From the NCBI GenBank assembly GCA_938084645.1, contig CALKEP010000013.1, positions 1 to 59,508 on the forward strand: DNA of 59,508 nt, read 5' to 3'. Shown in pieces: positions 26,146 to 37,322 of this stretch (positions within the stretch are counted from its first letter, which is position 1; each line of letters starts with the position of its first letter). This DNA is from an uncultured Phycisphaerales bacterium (GTDB taxonomy: Bacteria > Planctomycetota > Phycisphaerae > Phycisphaerales > SM1A02). The notes beneath the pieces were generated by a model. It ran no database searches, had not been told where the DNA came from, and worked only from the letters and a program-made list of their open reading frames with translations. The position numbers were made by a program, and so were the translations under genes.

Positions 26146-28449
26146 TCAGGGAATCTCACCCCAGGCGGCGAGGAGGATTCCCAGATCGGCCCCGTTCGTG
26201 GTGCCATCGCCGTTCAAGTCGGTCGGACCGGGTTCGCCCCAGCCAGCGAGCAGCAGGCCGAGGTCGGCCCCGCCGACGAGACCGTCGTCGTTCAGGTCGG
26301 CCGAGGGCGCGTCACCCTCACCGTGGGACCACATGGAGGCGGGGATCACGTCGTACGGCATGCCGGGCCCGCTGGCCCGAACGATGCAGCCGGCGCCGCC
26401 GCCGCGTTCGAAGAAGTCGACCATGATCGCGTGCCGACCGGCCTGCAGGCCGATCGAACCGGTGCGCTCCTGCATGCCGTGGAGGCCGTCGTTGTCGACC
26501 AGGGGCTGGTTCGCGATCCAGAGCCGACTTCCATCGTCGCTCTCGGTTCCGAAGGTCCAGAGCCCCGGCGCCGGCACGTCGATCCAGCCGGTCCAGCGGA
26601 CGCCGAAGTTGTCGGCTCGGCCGGTGTCCGCGAATTCACCATTGGTCGAGGGGGCGTCGATGTTCTCCCAGACCTGCTCGCCGAAGGGCTCGAGCGTCTC
26701 GAAGTCCGGGAGCACGCTCGGATTGTCGAGATCGTAGTACCGACCGAGCACGCCCGGCATGGTTCCGGTGGGATTCTCCGGCGGCAGGAGGCCCTCGATC
26801 TGCACGGTGACCGACGCGGTGTCGAAGACGGCGTCCGCCCGCATCGTGTAGTCGAAGAAGTCGTATCCGGTGTACCCCGCGGGGGAGGTGTAGAGGAGCG
26901 CAGCGCTGCCGTTCGGGCCCCAGTCCGGAATCACCTCGATGGTGCCGCCGTTCGTGGAGACGGTGTCGGTGTTCGTGATGTTGCCGGCCCCGCAGGCGAG
27001 GCCGGAGTCGTTGCCGAGGACGTTGATGACGGTCGGAACCGATTCCTCGACCAGCATGAAGTCGTTCAGGGCGATCGTCTCGGGCGTCACCTCGTAGTCG
27101 CAGGTCAGCGAGTTGAAGGTCTGGGCGACGTTCTCGATGTTCTCCGGGCAGAACTCCATTCGGACGTTCGCGAGACCGCCGGGGCAGGTGTGGCAGTAGC
27201 TCATGATCGTGGCGTTGGGAACGACCGAGCAGTCACCGCCGGCACAGTTGTCGACCCCGATACTGTGGGTGTGGGGACAGCCGACGTTGTGGCCCAGTTC
27301 GTGGGTGTACACCATCAGATCCCAGTTCTGTCCCGAGTTGTTCTCCACGGGGTAGGGGAAGCTCCCGTTGAGGTTCGCGCTCAGTCCGTAGGCGTAGCTT
27401 CCGCAGAGACCCGGAAGCCAGGCGACGCCGCCGCCGAGGCCTCGGCCACTGAGGAAGTGGGCGAGGTCGCGCTGGACCGATCCCATGTTCTGGTTCCAGT
27501 ATTCACGGAAGGCCGTGAGTTCGTCACCCGTGCCGCCGGCGCTCCAGGGGTCCTCCTCCGACCAGAGTCGGATGTAACCGAGTCCCAGTCGAACGCCGAA
27601 GTCCCGGTTGTAGATGTGGTTCGCCGCGGCGGTCAGGGTCGCGATGTAGGCGGTCGCGGCGACGCGGTCGCCGCCGAAGATTCCGAGCAGTTCCTGGTCC
27701 GTCTCGATCGCGAGGCGGACCCGCTTGCAGGGCTCGCCGGACGTCGACCCCGCGATGCCGCCGCTCGCGGCGTCGGGAACGGTGGGCCCGGGATCGATGC
27801 CGGGGCCGACGGGATGCTCGAGCAGGTCGGTGCCGCAGAAGTTCTCAAGCAGTTCGGGTGCGATCGGCGGAAGAGCATCGAGTCGGTGGACCTTGACGGG
27901 CCCGCTGCCGAGTCCGTCCGAGACGCCCCACGCGATGCCGTCGGCGCGAATCCAACCTTCGACGCCGGCGGCGCTGAAGCAGAGGAACGCGTCGCCGTCC
28001 GGGTCGCCTTCGACTTCACCGCCGAGGGCGAGCACGGTGGGCACCGCGAGGTTCGTGTCGCGACCCCGGGCGTCGGTCACGAGTACCTGCGCATCGTCGG
28101 TGAACGGATCGATCACATCGAGCCGCAGGGCGATCGAGCCGCCGAGAGGCAGCGGGAAGTTCCCGATTCGCACTTCACCTCGGAGTTCGGCGGCGATCCG
28201 GGCCTGGTCGAGCAGCGTCGGATCGATCGCAAGGTCGAGGGCGGTCGCCGAGCCCGAGCCCGCGACGGGACGGAGGGGGCTGGGAATCACGTCGGCCGGC
28301 ATCGGCGTCTGCGGTGGTCGCACCTCGGCGGTTCGGGGCGTCGGCCGTCGATCGTCGGACGATCGGGCGTCGACGGTGAGAAATCCGAGACCGATCGACG
28401 CGGTGAGCGCCAGGAGGCCGGTGGAGGCGAGCCGGTGGGAGGAATTCAT
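26146..28449 (-). CDS. Secreted M12/reprolysin-like zinc metallopeptidase with PA14 domain and dockerin-like tail
   Basis: HELGHNVGCPH plus Met-turn TIMSY; PA14 motifs FGVRWTG, SDDGSRLWI, DNDGLHG; two DLNxDG..GADLG.LL..WG repeats. Start ATG 28449. Confidence 0.85.
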   Translation of the reverse strand: MNSSHRLASTGLLALTASIGLGFLTVDARSSDDRRPTPRTAEVRPPQTPMPADVIPSPLRPVAGSGSATALDLAIDPTLLDQARIAAELRGEVRIGNFPLPLGGSIALRLDVIDPFTDDAQVLVTDARGRDTNLAVPTVLALGGEVEGDPDGDAFLCFSAAGVEGWIRADGIAWGVSDGLGSGPVKVHRLDALPPIAPELLENFCGTDLLEHPVGPGIDPGPTVPDAASGGIAGSTSGEPCKRVRLAIETDQELLGIFGGDRVAATAYIATLTAAANHIYNRDFGVRLGLGYIRLWSEEDPWSAGGTGDELTAFREYWNQNMGSVQRDLAHFLSGRGLGGGVAWLPGLCGSYAYGLSANLNGSFPYPVENNSGQNWDLMVYTHELGHNVGCPHTHSIGVDNCAGGDCSVVPNATIMSYCHTCPGGLANVRMEFCPENIENVAQTFNSLTCDYEVTPETIALNDFMLVEESVPTVINVLGNDSGLACGAGNITNTDTVSTNGGTIEVIPDWGPNGSAALLYTSPAGYTGYDFFDYTMRADAVFDTASVTVQIEGLLPPENPTGTMPGVLGRYYDLDNPSVLPDFETLEPFGEQVWENIDAPSTNGEFADTGRADNFGVRWTGWIDVPAPGLWTFGTESDDGSRLWIANQPLVDNDGLHGMQERTGSIGLQAGRHAIMVDFFERGGGAGCIVRASGPGMPYDVIPASMWSHGEGDAPSADLNDDGLVGGADLGLLLAGWGEPGPTDLNGDGTTNGADLGILLAAWGEIP

Positions 28450-28629
28450 GTCTTCTGGATCTCTGGCGGGTTTCGGGGACACCGCGGTCCGGTCGGGACC
28501 TCGGCGGTGATGCTTCAGCCTAGTCTTCCGACCCGCGAAGGCGGGCTGAAGTTCCAAAGAACATTGATTTCAGTCTCTTGAACCCCGGATTGGAGCAGGG
28601 CGGGACGGAATCGGGGGAGCGGAACCGAC

Positions 28630-29838
28630 TCAGTTCGCGAGGGCGATGCGTCTGAAGAGCCGCACGCCGGTCTCGATGGTCGCATCGTTGAAGTCGTACC
28701 GGGGCGAATGGAGATCAGGCATCGGATCGGTGGGGGACGGGCGTTGGCCGAGCAGGAAGAAGCTCGCGGGCACGACCTGCCCGTAGTACGCGAAGTCCTC
28801 CCCGCCCATCGTCGGCCGGTCGACTTCGACGAGTCGGTCGGCGCCCAGTTCGTCGCCGACGATCGTTCGCACGCGGTCCGTGGCGTCCGCGTCGTTCACG
28901 GTCACGGGATAGCCGCGGTGATAGCGGATCTCCGCACGGCAGCCGTGTGCGGTGGCGACCGCGTTCGCCACCTCCTCGATGCGTCGTTCGACGAGATCCT
29001 GGATCTCGGCGCGGAGGCTGCGGGCGGTGCCACCGAGGCGGGCGGACATCGGGATGACGTTGAACGCGGACCCGGCGTCGATCACGGTGACGCTGACCAC
29101 CGCGGCGTCGAGCGGATCCACGTTGCGTCCGACGATCGACTGGAGGGCCGTGACGATCGCGGCGGTGGCCACCACCGGGTCGTGACCGAAGTGCGGCTGC
29201 GCCGCATGACAGCCTTCGCCGTGCACGTCGATCTCGAAACGATCGGAGGCCGCGAGCAGCGGGCCGTCCTTGACGCCGACCATGCCGGCATCGAGCATCG
29301 GCCAGCCGTGCAGTCCGAACATGCGATCCACCTTGAACGGCGCGACGCGGCCTTCGAGGCAACCGTCCTCGACCATGCGTCGTCCACCGCCGCCGCCCTC
29401 CTCCGCGGGCTGGAACACCATGACCACGGGGCGTTCGAGTCGTCCCGCCGCCGATTCGACGGCGAGGGCGCGGGCGGCGCCGAGCAGGATGGTGGTGTGA
29501 CCGTCGTGTCCGCACGCGTGCATCCGGCCCGGATGGGTGGACGCCCAGGGCAGGCCCGTCTCCTCCTGGATCGGCAGGGCGTCGATGTCGGCGCGGAGTC
29601 CGGTCGCGGGGCCGTCCGTGCGACCGGGGATCCAGGCGAGGACGCCGGTGCCGCCCGCGAGGCCGCCGACGTGTTCGATGCCGGCGTCGGCGAGTTCCCG
29701 CCGGATCACCTCGCTGGTGCGGTGTTCCTCGTAGCCCACTTCGGGGTGGGCGTGCAGGTCGTGTCGGATCTCGACCAGCGATTCCACGAGTTCGTCGGGG
29801 AGGCGTCGATCGGCGGGGGCGTCGTTGTATCGGGACAT
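28630..29838 (-). CDS. M20D amidohydrolase (hippurate hydrolase-like)
   Basis: HAHPEVGYEE, LRADIDALP, MHACGHDGH, FQPAEEG and GGEDF motifs. Confidence 0.92.
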   Translation of the reverse strand: MSRYNDAPADRRLPDELVESLVEIRHDLHAHPEVGYEEHRTSEVIRRELADAGIEHVGGLAGGTGVLAWIPGRTDGPATGLRADIDALPIQEETGLPWASTHPGRMHACGHDGHTTILLGAARALAVESAAGRLERPVVMVFQPAEEGGGGGRRMVEDGCLEGRVAPFKVDRMFGLHGWPMLDAGMVGVKDGPLLAASDRFEIDVHGEGCHAAQPHFGHDPVVATAAIVTALQSIVGRNVDPLDAAVVSVTVIDAGSAFNVIPMSARLGGTARSLRAEIQDLVERRIEEVANAVATAHGCRAEIRYHRGYPVTVNDADATDRVRTIVGDELGADRLVEVDRPTMGGEDFAYYGQVVPASFFLLGQRPSPTDPMPDLHSPRYDFNDATIETGVRLFRRIALAN

Positions 29839-29887
29839 GCACACAGCCTAGCGGTGCGGGAAGCCGCGAGCGTGCGTGCGAACCGGA

Positions 29888-30445
29888 TCACTTGCGAAGG
29901 ACTGGAAGTCCGACCGAGGCCCGTCCGGCGTTCAGCATCGCGAACGCGGGTGGGTGATGATTCACGAGCCGGGAGAGCTGGCTCATCGACACGCCGAGGA
30001 TCTTGGCGGAGCCCGCGACGTCCCAGCGGCGGGCGACGATCACGTCGAGGGCTTCGGCGAGGAGCGCGGGATAGTCGCCGTGCTTCGGGTTCACCGGAAG
30101 TCGGGTGCCCTGGCGGCGTGCCTCCCAGAGCTCGCTCGGCCGGTGCCGATCGCGGTTGGTGGGGGTGCGGACCTTCAGGGCGAGGCGGAGCCGCAGCCGG
30201 GAGATCGCGACCGAACGGTTGACCTGCTGCTGTCGGCGTTCGGTCGCCTTCGATTCGAGTTCGCTGGGCAGATGCACGAGGCGGGCCCCGGTCTCGACCT
30301 TGTTGCGGTGCTGGCCACCGGGGCCGCCGGATCGACCGAACTGGAATTCGCATTCCTTCAGCAGGTCCTCGGGGTCGAGGGTCGCCGGATGCACGCCCTC
30401 GAGCATGATGGCGTCTGGATCGATGTAGGGCGGTCGGTAGGCCAA
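29888..30445 (-). CDS. Peptide chain release factor-like GGQ protein with C-terminal HTH-like segment
   Basis: RSGGPGGQHRNKVET...ERRQQQVNRSVA; lacks the codon-recognition domain. Confidence 0.8.
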   Translation of the reverse strand: MAYRPPYIDPDAIMLEGVHPATLDPEDLLKECEFQFGRSGGPGGQHRNKVETGARLVHLPSELESKATERRQQQVNRSVAISRLRLRLALKVRTPTNRDRHRPSELWEARRQGTRLPVNPKHGDYPALLAEALDVIVARRWDVAGSAKILGVSMSQLSRLVNHHPPAFAMLNAGRASVGLPVLRK

Positions 30446-30522
30446 GGAAGGAATCGCCTTGCGTTTCGAAGGGTCGGTCGGTGTCGCTCGGAAGATAGCC
30501 GGTGCGGCCTCGGGCGGCTGGC

Positions 30523-31580
<1,058 letters not shown>

Positions 31581-31584
<4 letters not shown>

Positions 31585-33092
31585 GGCGTTCCGTCGTCGA
31601 CTGCGGGATCGCCGTCGCTCGCGCCGTTACCGTCGAGTTCGAGGATGCGGGCCTCGGTCTTCGAGAGTTCCTCGAGCAGGCGGGTGCGATAGGCCATCTG
31701 GTCGCGAAGTTCGGACGAGGCGACCGCCTCGGCGCCGGGATCTCCGCCGACGATCAACCATTCATCGGTCTCCAGCTTCGACGCGAGCGTCCGCATCGCG
31801 GCGGCCAGCTGGGGATCCTCGATCTCCTCGTCGATCCAGGCCGGATCCTGAAAGCGGGCCTCGACCGCGTCACCCGGCTCCACGATCGGTTCGTAGCGCC
31901 GCCGGTTCAGCACCAGGCTTCGGTAGGCGTCGGTGTCGAGATCGATGAGGAAGCCCGGATCGGGATCGACCCCCCAGATGTCCGTGTCCTCGCGCTTGTC
32001 GAGATTCCGTCCGTTCGGAAGGTAGTACCGGGCGGTGGTCATCTTGAGCGTCCCGCGGTCGTCGGACAGCGGCCTCACCTCCTGCACCGATCCCTTCCCG
32101 AAGGTCCGCTCGCCGAGGATCTTCGCGCGATCGTTGTCCTGGAGCGCCCCGGCCACGATCTCGCTCGCCGACGCGGAGCCGTCGTTGACCAGGACGACCA
32201 TCGGAAGGAGATGGTCGTCATCGTCCCGGCTCGCGGTCCAGCGACGACCTTCGCCCTTGCGATCCCGGACGGACACGATGACGCCGCGTTCGAGGAAGAG
32301 GTCGGCGACGTCGATCGCACCGTCGAGCGTTCCGCCGCCGTTGAAGCGAAGATCGAGGACGAGTGCCCGGACTCCTGCCGCATCGAGATCGTCGAGGGCC
32401 TCCCGCATCTCCTCGATCGTGCGCTCCGTGAACTGGGTCAGGCGGATGTAGCCGATGCCCCGTTCGGGGTCGAGGACGTGTTCCCACCCCTCGCCGTCCC
32501 GACGGATCCCCTTCACCGAACGCGTCTCGATGCGTCGCCGGATCACCTCCAGGTCGGCTTCGGTCCCGTCCGCGTGTCGAACGGTGAGCATCACCGGTGT
32601 TCCCTCGACGCCCACGAGCAGGTCGATGCAGGCTTCACTGTCGAGCCCGAGGGTGTCCTCTCCGTCGATGGAGAGGACCACGTCGCCGGCCCGCACGCCC
32701 GCCTCGAGTGCCGGCGAATCCTCGAGCGGACTCACGATTCGCAGGCGGTCGTCGACGATCTCGATCTCGGCGCCGATCCCGACGTAGGAGCCGCGCATCT
32801 GCTTGTCGAAGTCGGATTCCAGCCGAGGCGGGATCCAGACCGTGTAGGGATCGCCGAGGGTCTCGAGCATTCCGGAGATCGCGGCCTCCTGCATCTTCGC
32901 GACGTCCGGTTCGCCGACGTGGTCCTCGAGCACCATGGCCCGCACGTCGATCAACGGATCGAACCACGACAGATCGTCGCGACGACCGGCGCCCAGCGTG
33001 ACCAGGATCTGCACGAGCAGCAGCACGCAGAGGACCGGGACGGGCCAGCTGCCGAGTCGGGTGATCGGTCGGTTTCGCGAAGCGTCGTTCAT
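31581..33092 (-). CDS. ctpA: S41 carboxyl-terminal processing protease with PDZ domain
   Basis: DLRFNGGG, SASASEIVAGALQD and TFGKGSVQ. Start 33092 or 33137. Confidence 0.9.
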
Positions 33093-33222
33093 CGAGGATC
33101 CGTTCGTCGAAGCGGGGGGAGATGGGGCCTGACGCAATCATACGAGCCGGAGCGTCGGTCCGGCCTGCTACGATCGGATGCCGCTCAGGGTTCCGAAACG
33201 CCATCTCCGAGGCCGCGACCGC

Positions 33223-34641
33223 ATGAAGGATGACCATCGGGAGTCCATCGACATCCATGAAGAGACGGCGATTCTCGTCGCCGTCCTGTTGCCGACCACG
33301 ATCGAGGAGCCCGATCCCCTCCAGGAACTCGCCTCCCTCGCGGATGCGGCGGGCGTCCGCGTCGCAGGCCGCCTGATGCAGCAGCGCGATCATCCGCGGG
33401 CCCGCACCTATCTCGGGAAGGGCAAGGTCGAGGAACTCGCCGCGATGGTCGACATGCTGAAGGCGAAGGTCGTCATCTTCGACAACGACCTCTCCCCGAT
33501 GCAGATCAAGGCCCTCGAAGAGGACCTCAAGTGCAAGGTCCTCGACCGCAGCGAACTCATCCTCGACATCTTCGCGACCCGGGCGGCGACGAAGGAGGCC
33601 AGGCTGCAGGTGGAGATCGCCCAGCTCGAATACACCGCGCCCCGGCTCCGATCGATGTGGAGCCACCTCGGACAGGTGACCGGCGGGGCCCCGATGGGCG
33701 TGGGAACCCGCGGTCCCGGCGAGCAGCAGCTGGAGATCGACCGAAGACTCGTCCAGCAGCGGATCGTCCGATTGAAGCGGAATCTCGCCGAGGTGCAGGC
33801 GCGGCGGACCCGCGAGGTCGCCGGTCGGCGCGATGATCACTACACGGTGGGCCTCGTCGGCTACACCAACGCCGGCAAGAGCACCATGTTCAACGCGCTC
33901 ACCGACGGTGACGCGTTCGAAGCCGACATGCTCTTCGCGACGCTCGGCACCCGGATCGGCGCGTGGAATCTCGGTGGTGGAAATCAGGGGCTGATCTCGG
34001 ACACCGTCGGTTTCATCCGCGACCTTCCGCATCACCTGGTCGCGAGTTTCCGCGCGACGCTCGAGGAGACCGTGTACGCGCATCTCCTCCTCATCGTGCT
34101 GGACGTCTCGGATCCGGCGGCGGCGCGGCAGTTCGAGACCGTCACCGCGGTGCTCGACGACATCGGTGCGGTCGACCAGCCGCGGATCCTCGTGCTCAAC
34201 AAGGTCGACGTGCTTCGCGACACGGTCGAGGAGGGTCGGGTCCCCGACGACACCCTCGACGCGTGGTTGGAGACGAACCCCGACGCCATCGTCACCAGTG
34301 CGAAGGCGGGGGAGGGGCTGGACCATCTCACCGGCGTCGTGCTCGAACGGATGCGGGGCGAACTTCGCGAGGTCGACATGACCATCCCGCTGGCCGAATC
34401 GAAACTGGTCGATCTCGTCGAGAAGCGCACCGAGGTGCTCGACCGTGACTACGGGCGATCGGGCGAGGTGGTGATCAGATCCCGGATCGGTCGACGGCAG
34501 CTGGAACGTCTCCTCGCGGGCGGCCCGCGGTTCCTCATCGACGGCATGGACGGCCCGACCGCGCTGGCGACGCTGTGGCCCGAGCTGGAGGCGCCCCGCA
34601 TGCCGCGAATCCCGCCCCATCTCGTGCTTCATCCGAAATGA
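33223..34641 (+). CDS. hflX: Ribosome-splitting GTPase HflX
   Basis: GKGKVEE, RGPGEQQLEIDRR, GYTNAGKST, DTVGFI and NKVD. Start 33223 or 33178. Confidence 0.96.
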   Translation: MKDDHRESIDIHEETAILVAVLLPTTIEEPDPLQELASLADAAGVRVAGRLMQQRDHPRARTYLGKGKVEELAAMVDMLKAKVVIFDNDLSPMQIKALEEDLKCKVLDRSELILDIFATRAATKEARLQVEIAQLEYTAPRLRSMWSHLGQVTGGAPMGVGTRGPGEQQLEIDRRLVQQRIVRLKRNLAEVQARRTREVAGRRDDHYTVGLVGYTNAGKSTMFNALTDGDAFEADMLFATLGTRIGAWNLGGGNQGLISDTVGFIRDLPHHLVASFRATLEETVYAHLLLIVLDVSDPAAARQFETVTAVLDDIGAVDQPRILVLNKVDVLRDTVEEGRVPDDTLDAWLETNPDAIVTSAKAGEGLDHLTGVVLERMRGELREVDMTIPLAESKLVDLVEKRTEVLDRDYGRSGEVVIRSRIGRRQLERLLAGGPRFLIDGMDGPTALATLWPELEAPRMPRIPPHLVLHPK

Positions 34642-34659
34642 TCCACGTCCGACGGGTGT

Positions 34660-35610
34660 TCAGCCCGCCGGTTCGAACGCCCTTTCGACGGCGGCGACCA
34701 CGCTCGCCGGGGGAGGGCGTCGGTCCGACCGGACCCAGACCCGACCGGGCGTCGGCTCGAACGGGTGCCAGGCGACGATTCTCGATCGCTCGTAGTGACG
34801 ACCCGTCCAGATGCCCCGGTCGTCGCGACCGTGGGCGATTCGCTGGCCGATGTTGGGAAAGCGGTCCCAGCGTTCGACGAATCCGCCGAGCACGGCCCGT
34901 TCCACGAGCTCGCCCGCGGCCGAACCGCCGCCGATCAGGACGATGACGTTCTCCCGCCCCGGCGCGAACTGGCGGTAGGCGCGGCGGAGAAGGCGTTCGG
35001 TTCGAGCGACCATCGCGGCCGCGCGATTCGCATCGCCGGCCGCCACCACCCTCACCCCCGGGGTCTTGTCCGTCTCGGTGACCTGTCGCGGCGCGGCCAT
35101 CTCCATCATGCCGACGCGTCGCCCCCCGGCGTCACGCAGCACGTGTCGATCCCCCATCCTCGCGCCCATCAGGAAGTCGCGGGCGTCGGCGAGCAGGGTC
35201 GCGTCCGGCGCGGTGGTCGGCTTCCAGTCGATTCCGACCACGTAGGGACGGGGGACGGATTCCAGAGTTGCGAAGGCCTCGTGCAGCGGGCGCTTCGGGC
35301 CGGAGGCGCCGGAGAGCCGCTTCACGTGCACGGCGAAGACGTCGTCGCCCGAGTGCACTTCGAGGTCGATGCTCCGCCCTCCGGGATCGAGGACCTCGGC
35401 TCGGACCCGATCCCCCGCGGCGATGAAGCGAAGCGCCACCTCGATCTCCGCCCGGACCGCCTGCCGTCGTGGACGCCGGGTCGCCGATCGGAGCCGGTGC
35501 AGGAGATCCCGGACGTCGAGTCCGGGAATCGACCCTTTCGCGACCGCGTCGAAGAGCGACGCCTCCAGCGCGTCGTCGCTTCGTTCGTGGGTGGGGGCGG
35601 AAGAGGACAT
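34660..35610 (-). CDS. Hypothetical protein
   Basis: 316-aa ORF filling the gap convergent with hflX; no family recognised. Confidence 0.55.
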   Translation of the reverse strand: MSSSAPTHERSDDALEASLFDAVAKGSIPGLDVRDLLHRLRSATRRPRRQAVRAEIEVALRFIAAGDRVRAEVLDPGGRSIDLEVHSGDDVFAVHVKRLSGASGPKRPLHEAFATLESVPRPYVVGIDWKPTTAPDATLLADARDFLMGARMGDRHVLRDAGGRRVGMMEMAAPRQVTETDKTPGVRVVAAGDANRAAAMVARTERLLRRAYRQFAPGRENVIVLIGGGSAAGELVERAVLGGFVERWDRFPNIGQRIAHGRDDRGIWTGRHYERSRIVAWHPFEPTPGRVWVRSDRRPPPASVVAAVERAFEPAG

Positions 35611-35808
35611 GCGGGGGGCCCATTCTGAGCCGTGGTCCGGGTAACGGCAAGCCGTCGCAGCCGTCGCGACCCGACCATCGTCGGGTCGAGCGTCCGGTTC
35701 CGGCGGGAGTCCCCCCGGAGGACGGTCGATGAGATCGAGGAGGGATGTGGGATCACGCGGCGACGATGTGCATCGGCATCGCGGTGGTCCGAGGGGAGGA
35801 GCATCGAG

Positions 35809-36327
35809 ATGAAGCTAGGCGAACTGATGGTCCGGCAGGGGCTCCTGACCGAGGACCAGGTGGAACAGGTCCTCGCGGCCCAGGCTCGCAGGACGGAGCC
35901 GTTCGGGTCGATCTGCGAGCGACTCTTCGGCATCGCGCCGGAGGTGGTCGAGGGCGCATGGGTCGAGCAGTACGAGGTACTTACGGCCGGCCTCGAGCCT
36001 GCGTTCGATGATCAGGATCCCTCCGTGCTTGGCGTGGTCACCCGAAGGCAGGCGTGGCAGTTCCGGATCGTGCCGGTCTCCTGGGACGATGGATCCCTGG
36101 TGCTCCTGACGACGCGGGACCATCTCGCCCGGGCGTTGCGATTCGCGACCCGTTCGATCCCGTTCCCCGTGTACTTCCTGCTCGTCGAGCCCCCGGTCTT
36201 CGCCGAGGTCCTGAACGCCAACTACGAGATGCCCGGGATGGACGCCGCCGTGGATTTCGGCACGATCGACCGCCTCGCGACGAGCCTTTCGGATCGTCGG
36301 TCGAGCGATGCTCCCCACGGAGCGTGA
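35809..36327 (+). CDS. Stand-alone MshEN / GspE N-terminal domain protein
   Basis: MKLGELMVRQGLLTEDQVEQVLAAQ matches RLGxxLxxxG..LxxQ; degenerate second repeat; no ATPase domain; SD GAGGAG. Confidence 0.75.
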   Translation: MKLGELMVRQGLLTEDQVEQVLAAQARRTEPFGSICERLFGIAPEVVEGAWVEQYEVLTAGLEPAFDDQDPSVLGVVTRRQAWQFRIVPVSWDDGSLVLLTTRDHLARALRFATRSIPFPVYFLLVEPPVFAEVLNANYEMPGMDAAVDFGTIDRLATSLSDRRSSDAPHGA

Positions 36328-36405
36328 TCGAGGGGTGGTCTCCCCTCCGAGGGATCGGGGGGGACGTTCGAAGGCGCGTCGGTCGTTCCAACGTTCCAAC
36401 GGGAA

Positions 36406-36478
36406 TGGCGACTCCCGGACTTGAACCGGGGACACCGGCATTTTCAATGCCGTGCTCTACCAACTGAGCTAAGCCGCC
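36406..36478 (-). tRNA. tRNA-Phe(GAA)
   Basis: Cloverleaf GGCGGCT...AGTCGCCA; anticodon arm cggca-TTGAAAA-tgccg; T loop TTCAAGT; CCA not encoded. Confidence 0.96.
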
Positions 36479-36511
36479 TGCGGCTTCGTACGGGACGAAG
36501 CGGTCCGGGAG

Positions 36512-36539
36512 AGCCTACCGGGAGACGGCCCCCTGTCAA
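36512..36539 (-). promoter_or_regulatory. Sigma-70 promoter of tRNA-Phe
   Basis: TTGACA-N16-TAGGCT on the minus strand. Confidence 0.6.
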
Positions 36540-36568
36540 GCAGGTCGCCTTCCGGGTCCGCGTCCGGG

Positions 36569-37186
36569 TCAGTTCACGAGACGAAGATTTCGCATCGTCG
36601 CGCGAACCGTCGTGCTCGGCGGCGTGGCCACCGCGAGCCCGTCCTTGATCAGATCCTGGAGGATCGCGAAGAGCGGGCCACCGAGATACGACCTGAGCGG
36701 CTGAATGCCTGCATATTCCTGAAGACGCGGGATGCCGTCCTCGAATTCGCAGTCCTCGCCGAAGGTCCGCTTCCGAACCCCCATCAGAAAGCGGGCGGCG
36801 TGCAGCGTCGAGTCGGCCTCGTCGACTCGAAGTTCGCACATCCGGACCAGCACCGGACGAAGGGGCTCGATGCCCTCGGCCCAGGCGTTCTCATCGCCGC
36901 GGATGCAGGCGATGGCGATGACCAGCTCGTCGATGTTCTGTGCGATGCGTTCGATCGCGACGCGACGGAGCGCGTCGGTGCGGAGCAGGCTGAGATCGAA
37001 GGCGTGATGCAGGTGCTCGAGCACGTCGTCGAGCGAGACGTGGAAGCGCAGGGCGGTGTGGCCGGCCTCTCGGAAGAACGCCTTGCGGAGCTCGTCGATC
37101 GACGACGCGTTCAGCGAAGGAACGGCGTGACCGGAACCGTGGTCCGAGGCGGGGGTCGTTCCGTTCGCAGTGTTCCATGTCTTCAA
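36569..37186 (-). CDS. Hypothetical protein resembling the N-terminal (region 2) half of an ECF-like sigma factor
   Basis: ELVIAIACIRGDENAW and RLQEYAGIQPLRSYL. Probable TTG start at 37186 with GGAGG 8 nt upstream. Confidence 0.5.
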   Translation of the reverse strand: MKTWNTANGTTPASDHGSGHAVPSLNASSIDELRKAFFREAGHTALRFHVSLDDVLEHLHHAFDLSLLRTDALRRVAIERIAQNIDELVIAIACIRGDENAWAEGIEPLRPVLVRMCELRVDEADSTLHAARFLMGVRKRTFGEDCEFEDGIPRLQEYAGIQPLRSYLGGPLFAILQDLIKDGLAVATPPSTTVRATMRNLRLVN

Positions 37187-37322
37187 ATGAACCGCCTCCG
37201 TGGACGAGGTCGTCCGCACTCGACGCGCCCGTGCAACACGAGCGAACGTCCGATGGGGACCGCTGCATCGTACGCGGAGCGACACCTTCGTCAATCACCT
37301 GCAGCGGCGGGTTTGTGGTTTT

